The translations under genes and the position numbers were made by a program. This document shows positions 63,191 through 64,000 of a stretch of 64,000 bases of DNA, piece by piece. The stretch is from NCBI GenBank assembly GCA_963827655.1, contig CAWHCF010000022.1, positions 128,001 to 192,000 on the forward strand, in the 5' to 3' direction. How positions within the stretch are numbered: the stretch's first letter is position 1; every line of letters starts with the position of its first letter. This DNA is from an uncultured Acidobacteriota bacterium. Lineage in GTDB: Bacteria; Acidobacteriota; UBA6911. Under the pieces are notes generated by a model that was not told the origin of the DNA, ran no database searches, and saw only the letters and a program-made list of their open reading frames with translations.

Positions 63191-63219
63191 TTAGACTCGG
63201 GCTCGGAGGAAAAGGTTAC
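63191..63219 (-). promoter_or_regulatory. Putative ECF promoter GTAACC-N17-GTCTAA, leaderless
   Basis: The -10 element ends 6 nt before the ATG and there is no RBS. It shares GTAACCTTTT with the 38295-38322 site. Confidence 0.5.
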
Positions 63220-63499
63220 CCGTGAATTGTCGAAGCCACTAAGAAAACGCGAAGACTCGGAGAGAACAGTTAGTGCTGCTGTTCGTAATTGCGGTGACGT
63301 ATTTTGGCAGTGGGGCCTGAAGAGCCGACTGAGAGTAGGCCCGGCCGTCTTGAAAATCCCGCCCCTGAGAAGCTGTGAAAAAATTCAGCGAACGGCTCTC
63401 GATTGACCGGCAGCCGTCTGGCTTTTGTGGCGCGGGTCATTAGAGACCGTTGCAAAACTCAGATGCGACCCGCAGAAGTGGCTACACACTTTCTGAGCA

Positions 63500-64000
63500 A
63501 TCGACATAGGTAGGCGGTCACTCGCTGTGCCTGTTACACCACGTGCATACGGGTCCGTACACGGCGGTTCGGCTGGTAGGCCCGGTGAAGAGCTGCTAAC
63601 CTCGGAAGCCCCAGAGAGTCAAAGTGGGCGTTCGGTAGTGCCCGCATCAGAGTGGAAGAGTTGCTCAGCTGCCAAGGCCCGTGGCTGCAATTAGCGAGCT
63701 TGTATGCGGAGACCGCATCTAGTCCCAGCTTCCGCAGTCCCTTGTATCGGCCTTTGCAGGTCTTCCACTGCTTCCACTGCACACACCTCAGCCTACGGCG
63801 AATCCACGAGTCCAGTTCTCGGAAAACCGTGGGTGTTTCGCAAAATCGAAAGTACGCCATCCACCCTCGCATGTAGCTTGCTAGGTCGGATATGCGCCTC
63901 GTCCTGCTGATCCCCCGGCTCCGCTGCGTCAGTTCCCGTATCCGATCCTCGAAGCGTTTGCGCGCCTTCGGCGCTATTCGCCGCCTCGGCGCCTTCTCGC
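63500..64000 (-). mobile_element. 3' part of a class C-like group II intron (domains IV-VI)
   Basis: Domain V GAACCGCCGTGTACGGACCCGTATGCACGTGGTGT with CGC triad; domain VI ends ACCGCCTACCTATGTCGAT at 63500. Confidence 0.88.
63534..64000 (-). CDS. ltrA: Group II intron RT/maturase, domain X (partial)
   Basis: RFEDRIRELTQRSRG...YMRGWMAYF...LDSWIRRRLRCVQWKQWK...FDSLGLP; no endonuclease domain. Confidence 0.9.
   Translation of the reverse strand, partial: EKAPRRRIAPKARKRFEDRIRELTQRSRGISRTRRISDLASYMRGWMAYFRFCETPTVFRELDSWIRRRLRCVQWKQWKTCKGRYKGLRKLGLDAVSAYKLANCSHGPWQLSNSSTLMRALPNAHFDSLGLPRLAALHRAYQPNRRVRTRMHVV

Noticed and set aside
62150-63406. 418-aa plus-strand ORF and similar long antisense ORFs (42197-43378, 11640-12686)
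   Set aside because: These are GC-rich antisense shadows of confidently assigned genes.

Overview
GC-rich bacterial chromosomal segment. It is most likely Acidobacteriota, inferred from two ADOP-type orphan ABC permeases, an Oar-like TonB-dependent receptor, a TIGR02999-type ECF sigma/Ser-Thr kinase pair, and DUF4097 and DUF1501/PSD1 genes. It holds about 45 CDSs, mostly for envelope or secreted proteins. I found no rRNA, tRNA or CRISPR array. The best candidate for an undescribed system is 19145-30161: an exported caspase-family (C14) protease with PEGA and TPR domains, three DUF4384 proteins, a divergent operon (Ig-like protein, beta-propeller, 9x IPT/TIG protein) and an orphan TagJ. The caspase N-terminus and all three DUF4384 proteins share an R-D-L motif that could be a cleavage or docking site. 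Other notable items are a PfkB-like/P-loop ATPase/2xRyR protein, an exported TldD/TldE-like pair and an ACT-DUF5612 gene of a family I recall as mostly archaeal. There is also a two-copy MITE with a TAA target duplication, several REP-like families (one translated into a putative signal peptide), a putative ECF promoter shared by two loci, and the 3' end of a class C group II intron. Several genes carry 1-2 nt frameshifts that may be sequencing indels. All family assignments come from motif recognition by eye, not database searches.
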